A stretch of 64,000 nucleotides of DNA, taken from the IMG/VR virus record IMGVR_UViG_3300042402_001861, positions 64,001-128,000 of that record. One strand, written 5' to 3'. This document shows, piece after piece, positions 20,243-29,036 of the stretch (position 1 is its first letter; every line of letters starts with the position of its first letter). The position numbers and the translations under genes were made by a program. The DNA comes from a virus. The notes under the pieces were generated by a model. That model worked only from the letters and a program-made list of their open reading frames with translations. It ran no database searches and was not told where the DNA came from.

Positions 20243-20686
20243 TTACTTAAGCCACTTCTTGTGCGTCAGCAGCATGAAGTCGATGACCTGTTGGGGGGTC
20301 TTCTCCACACACTCCAACTTGTGGACATTCTCCGACAGCACCCTGTCCTGCTCTATTTCTCGTTCAATTTTTTCAATTTCTTCCTTGGACGGGGGTGTCC
20401 AAGTATGAAGAACAACCGGAGTGTTTTTCAGTTCGCTCATGGAAGGCTCAAGTCCGTTCTTGGGTATGCAGTCCCAATCAAGAATGGGCTTGGACAGCCC
20501 CATGAGCATCAGATAGACATCCCGCATCAATTCTATTACCGTTTCCCCCATTGGCTGCACGGGCTCCTCGGTGACAGCCTGTATTCGGTTCTTGTTGTCG
20601 TAGAAGACTTCGTGAATGCCGTAGGAATAATACTTCTTGCCGTTGAAGGTGGTTGTCTTACGGACGATTCTGTAATCCCAACTCAT
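20243..20686 (-). CDS. Conserved phage hypothetical protein
   Basis: MSWDYRIV...YGIHEVFYD pattern; SD ggagg; late promoter 20722-20727. Confidence 0.75.
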   Translation of the reverse strand: MSWDYRIVRKTTTFNGKKYYSYGIHEVFYDNKNRIQAVTEEPVQPMGETVIELMRDVYLMLMGLSKPILDWDCIPKNGLEPSMSELKNTPVVLHTWTPPSKEEIEKIEREIEQDRVLSENVHKLECVEKTPQQVIDFMLLTHKKWLK

Positions 20687-20741
20687 CCGTTCCTCCCTTC
20701 TCCTACGGGACAAGACAAGATTATTTAGAAGAGTCCGAATC

Positions 20742-21338
20742 CTAGATGCGATCCGCGAGAACATCATATACCCTTCTTGGGATCTTCCTGTGTGCCTGCG
20801 CTCGGAAGTTTGCAGGCATCTTGGAAATCACTTTGTTACTGTGCATCAGGTCGGTTTCGAATGGCCAGAACTTGCGGTACTCCCGCATGAAGTAGTGGGC
20901 ATAGATGTAGCAGTTGGCCATCCGTGTGTATCTGTCAACATTCACGGGAAGGTTGTATTTCTTGATCAGGCGGATTGTACGCATCTCGCAATCCCGCTCC
21001 ATCTCACGAACGACTTCGAATGCAAGATCGATCTTCTTGTTTGGGTATTGCTTGCCGTTGAACCAATCATCGATGATTGCGTTGGACTTGTCGCTGCGTC
21101 GATAGACAGGTGACTTTTCGATCCATTGAAGGAAGTGGCAGTATTCGTGTAGCAAAGTTTCAAACCACAGTATGGATCTTCGTCCCACACGAATCTCCCC
21201 ATCACCGTCGTTGAAGTAACCCGATGTTCTGTATCCCCCGCAATTGACTTCCTTGCCTCGTCCCAAGACAAGGATGCAACCATGCTCTCGTAGATGCTCT
21301 CTGACATGACGCACAAACTTCCGTTGCGCTGCAAGCAT
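20742..21338 (-). CDS. HEXXH zinc-metallopeptidase-like protein
   Basis: LLHEYCHFLQW with downstream ERDCE; SD aaggag. Confidence 0.65.
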   Translation of the reverse strand: MLAAQRKFVRHVREHLREHGCILVLGRGKEVNCGGYRTSGYFNDGDGEIRVGRRSILWFETLLHEYCHFLQWIEKSPVYRRSDKSNAIIDDWFNGKQYPNKKIDLAFEVVREMERDCEMRTIRLIKKYNLPVNVDRYTRMANCYIYAHYFMREYRKFWPFETDLMHSNKVISKMPANFRAQAHRKIPRRVYDVLADRI

Positions 21339-21363
21339 GGATATCTCCTTTCCTTGTAAAGAG

Positions 21364-21687
21364 TTACGCTAGCGTAGCATAGTCCTTTCCATCGGTCAAG
21401 AGCATGATCTTATGTCCAATAACTGTACGAATGTACTCTTTATGTTCATCAGATAGATTATCGGGCAAACGATACATGGCCGTTTTTAAAGAATCGTAGT
21501 GGCTTTTTGTCTTTTGGCAGGAGCAGGCATTTGGGTCCAGATAATTACGCATGGCCCCCATCCAAGAATCCAAGGCATGGATCCTACCCTTCGCCAGAAG
21601 GGCTTTCTTGCCCACCAGAATGCCATACAGGGCTTCCGGCGTTTCGGCGGTCTTGGGAGGCGGTTCAGCCACCCGAACGCTCTCCAA
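21364..21687 (-). CDS. Hypothetical protein
   Basis: ORF in leftward operon. Confidence 0.55.
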   Translation of the reverse strand: MESVRVAEPPPKTAETPEALYGILVGKKALLAKGRIHALDSWMGAMRNYLDPNACSCQKTKSHYDSLKTAMYRLPDNLSDEHKEYIRTVIGHKIMLLTDGKDYATLA

Positions 21688-22048
21688 GCCATCTATTGGC
21701 GATTGTAAACAGCCGATAACACAGAATACCCCCTAGGTAAGTTATCGGTACTTCCTGCCATTTTGAGAATGCGAAGGATGCCGCGACCGACAGGGCGACT
21801 CCGATGCAGTACGGGCAAGTTGCCCATCGGACCAGAAATGCGTCATGGTGCTGCCGTAGGTACTGTCCATAGGACAGGAACAGGTAGTTGCCGTCGAATT
21901 CTTGCAGGAAGCAGTACTTGGAATACTCCTTAAGCCGAGAAATGAAATTTGGAATCCGCAGAACCTTGAAGTATTCATAGACTGAACTCGTTTCGAACAG
22001 GACAAATAACGCCATCGCCACCCACAGCATTGCAAAGATGGTTTCCAT
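21665..22048 (-). CDS. Membrane protein with CPYC motif
   Basis: Hydrophobic segments, WATCPYCIG; SD aaggag. Confidence 0.65.
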   Translation of the reverse strand: METIFAMLWVAMALFVLFETSSVYEYFKVLRIPNFISRLKEYSKYCFLQEFDGNYLFLSYGQYLRQHHDAFLVRWATCPYCIGVALSVAASFAFSKWQEVPITYLGGILCYRLFTIANRWLGERSGG

Positions 22049-22050
22049 GT

Positions 22051-23112
22051 TTACTCCTTCGGTGCGGCCTGAATGCCGTACTTGCTACGAGCAGTATCGC
22101 CTTCGTGATCGTTGTAGATTTTCTCAAAGTCACGCACAACAGAACTTGGTGGGACATTCTGTGCGATCAACTTTTGAATCGAATCGATGTCGCTTCCAAG
22201 GTAATGTGCCAACGACTTCCGTAGGCTGTCATCGGAAACCGGGGAGGACACACCGGCATTCTTGATCTTGAGTCCTACGAAACTCTTGATGACTCGCTGA
22301 GGAATCGTTGGACGAGGGATGTTCTTTCCCTTGGCATCCTTGACATCGATGCCAATCATGCTCGTAACAAGTGTCTTGCCGTCAAGAGGCTTGCCGTTCT
22401 TGTCGGAATAGAACACTTGTCCTTGACCGCCGCCAAGCACAAGATGGACTTCACCGTTGAGATTTGGAGGATATGCACCCTTGGCGACTTCACCCATGGT
22501 CTTGCCGACACCTTCGTGTGTCAGAAGCAGAATGTGGTCTGGAACACGGCGTGGGCGGTTGTCGTTGTTGACCATTGCCACTCGCCAGTTGGTGAGAACC
22601 CAGATGATGTGCAGATTGTTCTTTTGGTAGCCTGCGGAAATTAGGGTATCGGTGAGATTCTTGATCTCTTCGACATTCTTGAGGGTACGGTCAAAGATGA
22701 TGTTTGGCAACTGACCACCGTAAGCCTTTACCCCGATCTTCTGCTTGGCGTTGGCAATGATATGCGGAAGGAGCATGGTGGCAATGTGCTTCTGCTCAAT
22801 CGGCCAGTCCTTCAAGGCAAGGTGAATCTTTGAGACATCCTCGGGATTCCTGAAGTTGATGTCCTTGAACTGCACGAACTTGCTTTCCTTACCGGCAGCA
22901 AAGTGCAACTTTCCGATCTTTACGACCGCTTCCTTGAACGCATCGGGATCAACGACCTTGTAGTCGAATCCGTTCATCAGATTGGAGATTGCGTAACCCT
23001 TGCCACTACCGGCACCGCCTGCCATGAATACCACTTGACCGCTTCTTGCCCCGTTGTTGGGCATGATCAACTTTTCCTCAAGATAGTCTTTGAGTCCTTG
23101 AAACTCTTTCAT
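22051..23112 (-). CDS. P-loop kinase, zeta-toxin/AAA_33-like
   Basis: VFMAGGAGSGKG, DPDAFK, IIFDRT; late promoter 23131-23136. Confidence 0.8.
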   Translation of the reverse strand: MKEFQGLKDYLEEKLIMPNNGARSGQVVFMAGGAGSGKGYAISNLMNGFDYKVVDPDAFKEAVVKIGKLHFAAGKESKFVQFKDINFRNPEDVSKIHLALKDWPIEQKHIATMLLPHIIANAKQKIGVKAYGGQLPNIIFDRTLKNVEEIKNLTDTLISAGYQKNNLHIIWVLTNWRVAMVNNDNRPRRVPDHILLLTHEGVGKTMGEVAKGAYPPNLNGEVHLVLGGGQGQVFYSDKNGKPLDGKTLVTSMIGIDVKDAKGKNIPRPTIPQRVIKSFVGLKIKNAGVSSPVSDDSLRKSLAHYLGSDIDSIQKLIAQNVPPSSVVRDFEKIYNDHEGDTARSKYGIQAAPKE

Positions 23113-23145
23113 GGCATCTCCTTGTTGGGGTATTTATTCCAATAG

Positions 23146-23172
23146 AAAACCCCCGAGTCGCATATCGGGGGT
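23146..23172 (-). terminator. Intrinsic terminator
   Basis: acccccga / tcgggggt stem with T run on minus strand, after ORF ending 23219. Confidence 0.65.
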
Positions 23173-23218
23173 GTCGCACCGAGGAAACGGTTGGAGGGAG
23201 AGGGGTGCTTCGACCGCC

Positions 23219-23629
23219 TCAAGCCTCCGTATTATCTATTGATTTTGAAGATTCGGCGGTTTCGATGTCCTTGGCGTACTTCTCAAACGCTTCCTCGCAT
23301 TGTTCGCGAGTGAGGAAAGGCCCGAAGAAATCCGTTGAGGCTTCGTTCCAGAAAATCCACCCCATGTGAACGGGGGAATAATCAACCGGATCGTTCTTAC
23401 GCAACTTGATCACGCTTGCCTTGGGGTTGTTGTAACGCTCGTTGGCAACCTTCTGATAGGTGCTGATCCACTCGCAAACCTCAAAGTCTGCGGGGAAGTG
23501 CTTGAGCAGATTCCGTGCCCGTTGCCGAATTGGCTTTGGAACCTTCGGAGACTTCTCGGGGTCCATCAAGTCCTTCAGGAAATTGCGAGTGTTCATGAGC
23601 GAAATGTAGTTTTCGTAAGGCAGCGTCAT
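23219..23629 (-). CDS. Hypothetical protein
   Basis: PKVPKPIRQRARNLLKHFP pattern seen in phage proteins. Confidence 0.7.
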   Translation of the reverse strand: MTLPYENYISLMNTRNFLKDLMDPEKSPKVPKPIRQRARNLLKHFPADFEVCEWISTYQKVANERYNNPKASVIKLRKNDPVDYSPVHMGWIFWNEASTDFFGPFLTREQCEEAFEKYAKDIETAESSKSIDNTEA

Positions 23630-23630
23630 G

Positions 23631-23909
23631 TCAACCTCCGTATTGGTCAGGAATCATTTCATCTGCAAGCAAGGCAACCGACAATTCTCTAATCACCTTG
23701 TATGCCCAAGTTCGCCGTTCTTCCTTCATGGAATCGGGCAACCTTTCATACGGCACGAAATTCTTTTTCATTTCCTGTGCCTCGTCTTGGTTGATCTTGC
23801 CCGAATCGATGAGATTGGAGACTATCGACAGCCAATGGGCGTGTTCGATTTCCGCCATCCGTTCGATGAACTTCGGATCATTGATCGTCTGTATTGGGCT
23901 TTGCTTCAT
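23631..23909 (-). CDS. RyR-domain-like protein
   Basis: EHAHW...FVPYERLPDSMKE matches the RyR repeat pattern. Confidence 0.6.
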   Translation of the reverse strand: MKQSPIQTINDPKFIERMAEIEHAHWLSIVSNLIDSGKINQDEAQEMKKNFVPYERLPDSMKEERRTWAYKVIRELSVALLADEMIPDQYGG

Positions 23910-24168
23910 TTGGCTTTTCCTTCGCCACGCTCACAGCGAGGACTTGTTGCAGTTTGCTGAGAGTGTTCTTGAGAAAGTCCCGACTTGGAATCACGCCGGG
24001 GCGAGGATACACGGCAGAATCAAGAACCATCTTGAGTCGATTGAGCAATGCTTCCTTGCTTTGAAGCCTTTCCTCAAGTTCGCGATAGCGAATGCGATCA
24101 GCCTCGGTTGGCTTTCCTTGCCATCCGAGCATCATGTCCCCAATTCGATTTCTGATCGTTCTCTTCAT
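23878..24168 (-). CDS. Hypothetical protein
   Basis: ORF in leftward operon. Confidence 0.55.
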   Translation of the reverse strand: MKRTIRNRIGDMMLGWQGKPTEADRIRYRELEERLQSKEALLNRLKMVLDSAVYPRPGVIPSRDFLKNTLSKLQQVLAVSVAKEKPNEAKPNTDDQ

Positions 24169-24202
24169 GGCGAATCCCCATCCTACACATTATGTAGGTT
24201 GT

Positions 24203-24655
24203 CTAACGGGAATGCCTCTTCCGTGCTGCAAAGAATACTGCAATGCCAAGGACAGCAAGGGCACCCGGCGCAGGAACATCAGGCGGTTCACAATCTGCGC
24301 CATTGGCTAGCGTCGAAGCAGCCATGCAGACGCTTTCGACCCGATCATGGATAACAGGAATGAACATCTCCTGATCCACTCCCTGAACGGTCATCACAAG
24401 CCGTCCTTCATTGTAGATTTTGTGAATCCAGAATCCTTGGAAAGATCCCATGAAGTGCTTGTTTGGCACGACAGGATAGTTTGCCACCGTGTTGCCGTAA
24501 ATCGACGGTGCGATGGGTTCTGTGATCGTGAACTGCGTGTCAAACACCAATCGGTCGGTGAAGGTGACTTCTTGGTAGATTGCGCCTTGATACTCAGACC
24601 GCGAGAAGGTCTGGCCGTTTGTCATGTACAGGGTTGATGTATTGCTGATAGCCAT
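24203..24655 (-). CDS. Protein with PEP-CTERM-type (VPAPG) C-terminal anchor
   Basis: Ends VPAPGALAVLGIAVFFAARKRHSR; TTGACC-17-TATACT promoter 7 nt before ATG. Confidence 0.75.
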   Translation of the reverse strand: MAISNTSTLYMTNGQTFSRSEYQGAIYQEVTFTDRLVFDTQFTITEPIAPSIYGNTVANYPVVPNKHFMGSFQGFWIHKIYNEGRLVMTVQGVDQEMFIPVIHDRVESVCMAASTLANGADCEPPDVPAPGALAVLGIAVFFAARKRHSR

Positions 24656-24687
24656 TTGGATCAGTATAGGCACGAACGCAATTCAGG

Positions 24688-25068
24688 TCAAGTGTTTGCT
24701 TGCGTGAATTTGGCGATTCCGCTGCCCGTGGTGTAGTAGATGTTGTCAAACACTTCCATGCACCAAGGCAGACACTTGGGACATGGGCGACTCAGCCTTT
24801 CATTGCCGAACCGATTGAACCTGAAATTCCAAAGTTCAATGCCTTCCCTGTCTTCGCACTTTCTAAATGCATCAAGTTCAGAGTGCAGTTCATCGAAAAG
24901 GTAGCCGTACTTCTTTGCCATTGGATGGGTCTTCATCAGGTTTGTCCCAACGGAGATCACCCGTCCTCTCTTGAGGATGATGCTGCAATGGCGCTTCGGC
25001 CTGTCAATGTGCAGGCAGAGTTCCTTTGCAAGGCTGTAGATGTTGCACGGACAGTCGATGTTCTTCAT
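24688..25068 (-). CDS. Cytidine/dCMP deaminase-like protein
   Basis: LHSE and SRPCPKC zinc-binding motifs. Confidence 0.8.
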   Translation of the reverse strand: MKNIDCPCNIYSLAKELCLHIDRPKRHCSIILKRGRVISVGTNLMKTHPMAKKYGYLFDELHSELDAFRKCEDREGIELWNFRFNRFGNERLSRPCPKCLPWCMEVFDNIYYTTGSGIAKFTQANT

Positions 25069-25475
25069 GCCGTCAGGGCATACGAAGTGCTGTAATTATT
25101 TTCGAGATTTCCGTTGGTCAACGACAAATCCGACTGCTGCTTCTTGATCAAGACTTTCCCGTCTTCATCAAGAACGGGAACAAGCCCATCCTTGATGTAT
25201 TCGTCCCACAATCGCCTCGCTTCTTCCCGAGTCACGGTGAGCATGGTTGTCTTTCCAATCATGCTTGTGCCGTCAGGAAGTCTCCGAATGAACACAGTCA
25301 TGTGATCGGTGGATTCCGGCTTCTTGAGCGAAACGCCATCACGGAACACTTCTGCAAAAGCAAACTCAACGGTGTGTGGCAGGCTTGCGGTGTCGAAGCC
25401 AACCGGTGCCGTCAGCGTGTAGTAGAAAGTGATGACACAGAAACCGTTTGCGGGTTGGTTGTTGAATTCGCCCAT
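25065..25475 (-). CDS. Hypothetical protein
   Basis: ORF with ATGA coupling to the deaminase. Confidence 0.55.
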   Translation of the reverse strand: MGEFNNQPANGFCVITFYYTLTAPVGFDTASLPHTVEFAFAEVFRDGVSLKKPESTDHMTVFIRRLPDGTSMIGKTTMLTVTREEARRLWDEYIKDGLVPVLDEDGKVLIKKQQSDLSLTNGNLENNYSTSYALTA

Positions 25476-25693
25476 TCCCGCATCTTATCAGATGTCTTCT
25501 TGTGTGTCAAGCGAGAATTTTCACGCTGCTTGGCTTTGTAAAGACCTTCTGTCATGCCACAATGCTTTCCGATCCCATAACCTCGCTTATACCCGAAACT
25601 GTAAAGCCAGATTTGCGATGCGGTCAGTAGGGTTGCGAGGGAGATTCCAAAAAAGACTGTTTCGATTACTTCCAATGCTTTGATGTTTACCAT
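25412..25693 (-). CDS. Hypothetical membrane protein
   Basis: N-terminal hydrophobic segment; overlaps next ORF, start uncertain. Confidence 0.45.
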   Translation of the reverse strand: MVNIKALEVIETVFFGISLATLLTASQIWLYSFGYKRGYGIGKHCGMTEGLYKAKQRENSRLTHKKTSDKMREWANSTTNPQTVSVSSLSTTR

Positions 25694-25758
25694 AGGACAG
25701 TATGTTGCCCTTCGCAACTTTTGAACCAAACCTGAATGTTTGAAATCAGGATCGGCGC

Positions 25759-26045
25759 TTGACCGTCTTCTTGGCGATCTTCTTCGTCTTGGTCTTCAAC
25801 TGTGTGATGACCTCGGCTTCCTTCCGTGCCTTTCGCTTGTTGATGTACTCAATGATGATGGACGGCTCAAGCAGGCCAAAGAGGGTAAAGAATGCCCCAA
25901 ACAGCATATATTCCTTGCCGTGGTTGCTGCCGAGCGAGAACCAACACATTGCCATCAGTCCGCAACCAAACCCAAACCAACGGGTAAAGATCATGTCACC
26001 GATGTTATACGAATTGTCGCCAATCTTTTCCTTGATGAGTCTCAT
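25759..26045 (-). CDS. Small membrane protein
   Basis: Two hydrophobic segments, basic tail; ATGA coupling. Confidence 0.6.
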
Positions 26046-26344
26046 TGTGAAGCCTCCATTGCTTCTTCTAGGGTGCATCGAACCATGAAGCCGGGTGTGC
26101 CTTCGCCCATCCATGCTCCAACTACATTGTGTTCCATCCATTCGATGGCTTCTTCCTCTGTGGGAATGCCTTGAGCCAAGAGTATACCAACACACTTCTG
26201 ATAGTCATAGACAAATATCGCCGGTTTTCCGACTCTTCGAATGACTCCGATGAATGCCTTCTCAAAGCCATCGGCCTTGAGTGTTTCATTCAGGTTGGGC
26301 TTGACTTCATCCCAAGTCTTCTTGGGCTTCGCTGTCTCGCTCAT
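26042..26344 (-). CDS. Conserved phage hypothetical protein
   Basis: ADGFEKAFIG, YNVVGAW-like pattern (HNVVGAWMGEGTP). Confidence 0.7.
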   Translation of the reverse strand: MSETAKPKKTWDEVKPNLNETLKADGFEKAFIGVIRRVGKPAIFVYDYQKCVGILLAQGIPTEEEAIEWMEHNVVGAWMGEGTPGFMVRCTLEEAMEASQ

Positions 26345-26972
26345 AGTCGCTTTCCTTCAACTTTCTCTGGATCTTCTTGGCCCAGATTTCCATGATTGAC
26401 AAAGGATACTCAATCGACTCAAACTTGAAGCCTCGGGCGGTGGGAGAATTGCGTCCCTTGACCAACTGCGTGTAGATGCCGTCCAACTTCATCGGGCTGA
26501 ATTCACCGATTGGTGCAACGACATTCATACCTGGCCATGCATCTGCCCGTGTGCCGATTAGGACTGCATCCTTGCGATTGGGATCCTTGAATAGGACGCA
26601 ATCCTGCCCAAACTTCTGTCCCATGCGCTTGGCGAATCCCTTCACGGCTCCTACCTGTGCAGGGCTGTTGTCCCTGCCGATGACCATGAAGGATTCCTCG
26701 GTGACCTTTACCTTCTTGTCGCCGTAATCTTCCTCGTATCGTCCGAGCATCTTGACGAACCCGAACCCCGCAGAGCGAATGTCATTTTCCAACTTTGCAT
26801 TGTTGGAACGATTGGTCTGCAAGGAGATAAGTTCTCCTGTCTGCTTGTCCTTGAATCGGAACGCAGTAAGCAGGGCAAACGGGCGATCCTTGATATGCGA
26901 AGCAACTCGCGAAAGCGAGATTTCGTTGAGTGGCTGACGGTCGAATCTGTCGTTTGTATCGTCATCATGCAT
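26307..26972 (-). CDS. Conserved T4-like phage protein, DUF3293-like
   Basis: LNEISLSRV, LLTAFR, NNAKLENDI, EESFMV, FGQDCVLF. Confidence 0.65.
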   Translation of the reverse strand: MHDDDTNDRFDRQPLNEISLSRVASHIKDRPFALLTAFRFKDKQTGELISLQTNRSNNAKLENDIRSAGFGFVKMLGRYEEDYGDKKVKVTEESFMVIGRDNSPAQVGAVKGFAKRMGQKFGQDCVLFKDPNRKDAVLIGTRADAWPGMNVVAPIGEFSPMKLDGIYTQLVKGRNSPTARGFKFESIEYPLSIMEIWAKKIQRKLKESDYERDSEAQEDLG

Positions 26973-27153
26973 CGCTTGCGCTCCCGTTTGAATCCTGATT
27001 TCTTGAGTTCTCCAACTGTATGTAGAGTCTCTTGATTTCCTCAAACGCCTTGGAAGAAGTGAACTTCCCTTCCTTCTCCAATTGCAAAATCCATGCTGTC
27101 TTTCTCGCAAACTCTCCGATGTTCGCATGGACAATGAAATCTTCAATAAGCAT
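26965..27153 (-). CDS. Hypothetical protein
   Basis: 62-aa ORF with SD, downstream of tmRNA. Confidence 0.55.
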   Translation of the reverse strand: MLIEDFIVHANIGEFARKTAWILQLEKEGKFTSSKAFEEIKRLYIQLENSRNQDSNGSASDA

Positions 27154-27181
27154 GAAAGTCCTTTCTTTGGTGACTAGTGAG

Positions 27182-27520
27182 TGGAGATGAGGGGAGTCGA
27201 ACCCCTGTGTTGAAATGACCTACGCAACGGCACCTACATGAATAGTCCCTGTCTGTTGTACTTGCCTTGGGCAGGGACACCCTTGGCAAGTTTTTCGCCG
27301 TTCATCTTATGAACCAAAGCACGGCGAAGGCTTTGTGTTCAAGTCCCGATGTCTTCGAATCGTACCCTATCGGGGTCAGTCACGATTCGTTCGCCGCTTA
27401 AGCAGCGAGGGCAAGTCTGCGGTTGGCAGTTCTTGTTTTGATTGCATTTTTACGAAGCCTAGCAATCTTCTTCGTCATGCTCCGTTGTTTTGCTCATCCA
27501 ATCGAAACCTATTCATCCCC
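27182..27520 (-). ncRNA. ssrA: tmRNA, tag (A)ANRRLALAA
   Basis: 5' GGGGATGAATAGGTTTCGA; 3' T arm AGGGG-TTCGACT-CCCCT then CATCTCC-A giving G3:U70; tag frame 27398-27427 after AGAACT. Confidence 0.92.
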
Positions 27521-27652
27521 AAAAAGGTTAGGAGGGATTTTCACCCTCTTTCCTGCTTCATCGGTCAATTGAGTAGACCGTTTTACGCAGGCGAGTCTCT
27601 TGTCAAGACCGTGTGTTCATACCACACCGCTAACCAAACGAATCCAAGTGAA

Positions 27653-27847
27653 TTACTTGGCAACAGCAGTCGTGACGATTTGCCAAGCGGCGGTCAGCCC
27701 CTCGGCCACAAAGTTCACGCCCTGCCAAGCGAACGGCAGCAGAGCAAGCGTGATCATGAGGCTGCGGGTAACGCCGACCTTCGAAAGAAGGCACGACAAC
27801 TTGTCACAACCACCTGTGACCGGGCAACTGTTCTTAACCTTATCCAT
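27653..27847 (-). CDS. Small hypothetical membrane protein
   Basis: SD aaggag; hydrophobic C-terminal half. Confidence 0.55.
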   Translation of the reverse strand: MDKVKNSCPVTGGCDKLSCLLSKVGVTRSLMITLALLPFAWQGVNFVAEGLTAAWQIVTTAVAK

Positions 27848-28004
27848 TTGAATTCTCCTTTCTGGAATGGTTAATATCTCTGGTCTTCCTGACCTTGGTA
27901 CGCCTCGGCTTCTTCTTGCCGAACACAGCGTCCCAATTCTTAGACCACATCCTGTAGTCTACGGGGCGATATGAATCGCCCTTACCGGCTTCTCCGTTGA
28001 GCAT
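27840..28004 (-). CDS. 54-aa conserved small phage protein (not in ORF track)
   Basis: MLNGEAGKGDSYRPVDYRMWSKNWDAVFGKKK; TGATG coupling. Confidence 0.65.
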   Translation of the reverse strand: MLNGEAGKGDSYRPVDYRMWSKNWDAVFGKKKPRRTKVRKTRDINHSRKENSNG

Positions 28005-28345
28005 CAGAAATCGACCTTCTCGCGGAAGGCAGAAACCTTGAACCGAACGGAGGATAGTTTTTCCTTAGTCATCGGATCTTCCGAGTCTTCCATGAAAATC
28101 TCAGACACGAAACGACCATCCCCGACGATGCCGTACATCATCAGGTCATCACCGATTGCCACCATCGGACCACCCTCAAAGTCCGCATAGATGAGTCGCT
28201 TGTCGTTGCTTCCGCCACGCATGAAGCGACTGTGGCCTTCGATCTTGTATTCGTTCTCCGACAACTTCCATACGGTTCTGCGATCACCGTATCGGGAGTT
28301 GAATGAGGAAACGATCCAAGGAAGGATGGTATCGGTGTTGCTCAT
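28004..28345 (-). CDS. Hypothetical protein
   Basis: TTGACC-17-TATACT promoter 10 nt before ATG. Confidence 0.65.
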   Translation of the reverse strand: MSNTDTILPWIVSSFNSRYGDRRTVWKLSENEYKIEGHSRFMRGGSNDKRLIYADFEGGPMVAIGDDLMMYGIVGDGRFVSEIFMEDSEDPMTKEKLSSVRFKVSAFREKVDF

Positions 28346-28380
28346 ATGGTCTATGAGTATACCCCCACCTACCAATCAGG

Positions 28381-28740
28381 TCAAGCCAACCTCAACAGAT
28401 ACTTGGTCTGATTGAGGACGGCAACCATCTCGTCGCGAATATTCAAAAGATCGCTATCGCCTTCTTTGAGAATCAAGGGAAGATCATTCATCAGATAGGC
28501 AATGTAAGAATCGATCACGGACATGGCATTCGTGTCCTTATAATTCACAGCAGACATTTGAAAATTTGTCTTGGCGAGGGTGTTGCCGTACTTACCCGAA
28601 TGCACCTCAACGAATTGATCCATTAGACCGTCAAGGGCATCGTAAGCCTTGCCGAAAGCCTTGTGTTCGGCATAGGACTTGGTTTGCCAATGAAGAATCT
28701 TGAGTTGAGACTGAATGGTCAGAAAGGTATTGATGTGCAT
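28381..28740 (-). CDS. Ferritin/Dps-like four-helix protein, DUF5856-like
   Basis: LHWQTKSYAEHKAFGKAYD...DQFVE, IRDEM; late promoter 28760-28765. Confidence 0.75.
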   Translation of the reverse strand: MHINTFLTIQSQLKILHWQTKSYAEHKAFGKAYDALDGLMDQFVEVHSGKYGNTLAKTNFQMSAVNYKDTNAMSVIDSYIAYLMNDLPLILKEGDSDLLNIRDEMVAVLNQTKYLLRLA

Positions 28741-28793
28741 GGAATTTCTCCTGAACTTATATTTAGCACTTGTCCACGGTCCAAGTCTAGATT

Positions 28794-29027
28794 TTAGAAA
28801 TCAGGATTTGAATTTTCAGAGAGGAAGGTGCGGCTTTCGTTCATCTGCCGTTTCTTGGCATCTTCAAGAATTTTGGTGTTGGCCTCGGTGTAACCGTGGT
28901 TGTACTCGCTCCAATATGGATCGGCATTGTTGAGTGCGCTTTCAAAGAATCGACTGGCTCGCCCCATCAGGCGATCTGTCCATCCGTCACGGAAGCCCTT
29001 TCCCGGTATGTAATCGTTAGATTGCAT
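28794..29027 (-). CDS. Hypothetical protein
   Basis: SD gaggag; 77 aa. Confidence 0.6.
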   Translation of the reverse strand: MQSNDYIPGKGFRDGWTDRLMGRASRFFESALNNADPYWSEYNHGYTEANTKILEDAKKRQMNESRTFLSENSNPDF

Positions 29028-29036
29028 TTCTTCTCC

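Noticed and set aside
19383-20408. 341-aa plus-strand ORF opposite the polyprotein
   Set aside because: L/F-rich mirror of K/E codons; no initiation signals
27335-27874. 179-aa plus-strand ORF
   Set aside because: Overlaps the tmRNA and a small minus-strand gene; no start signals
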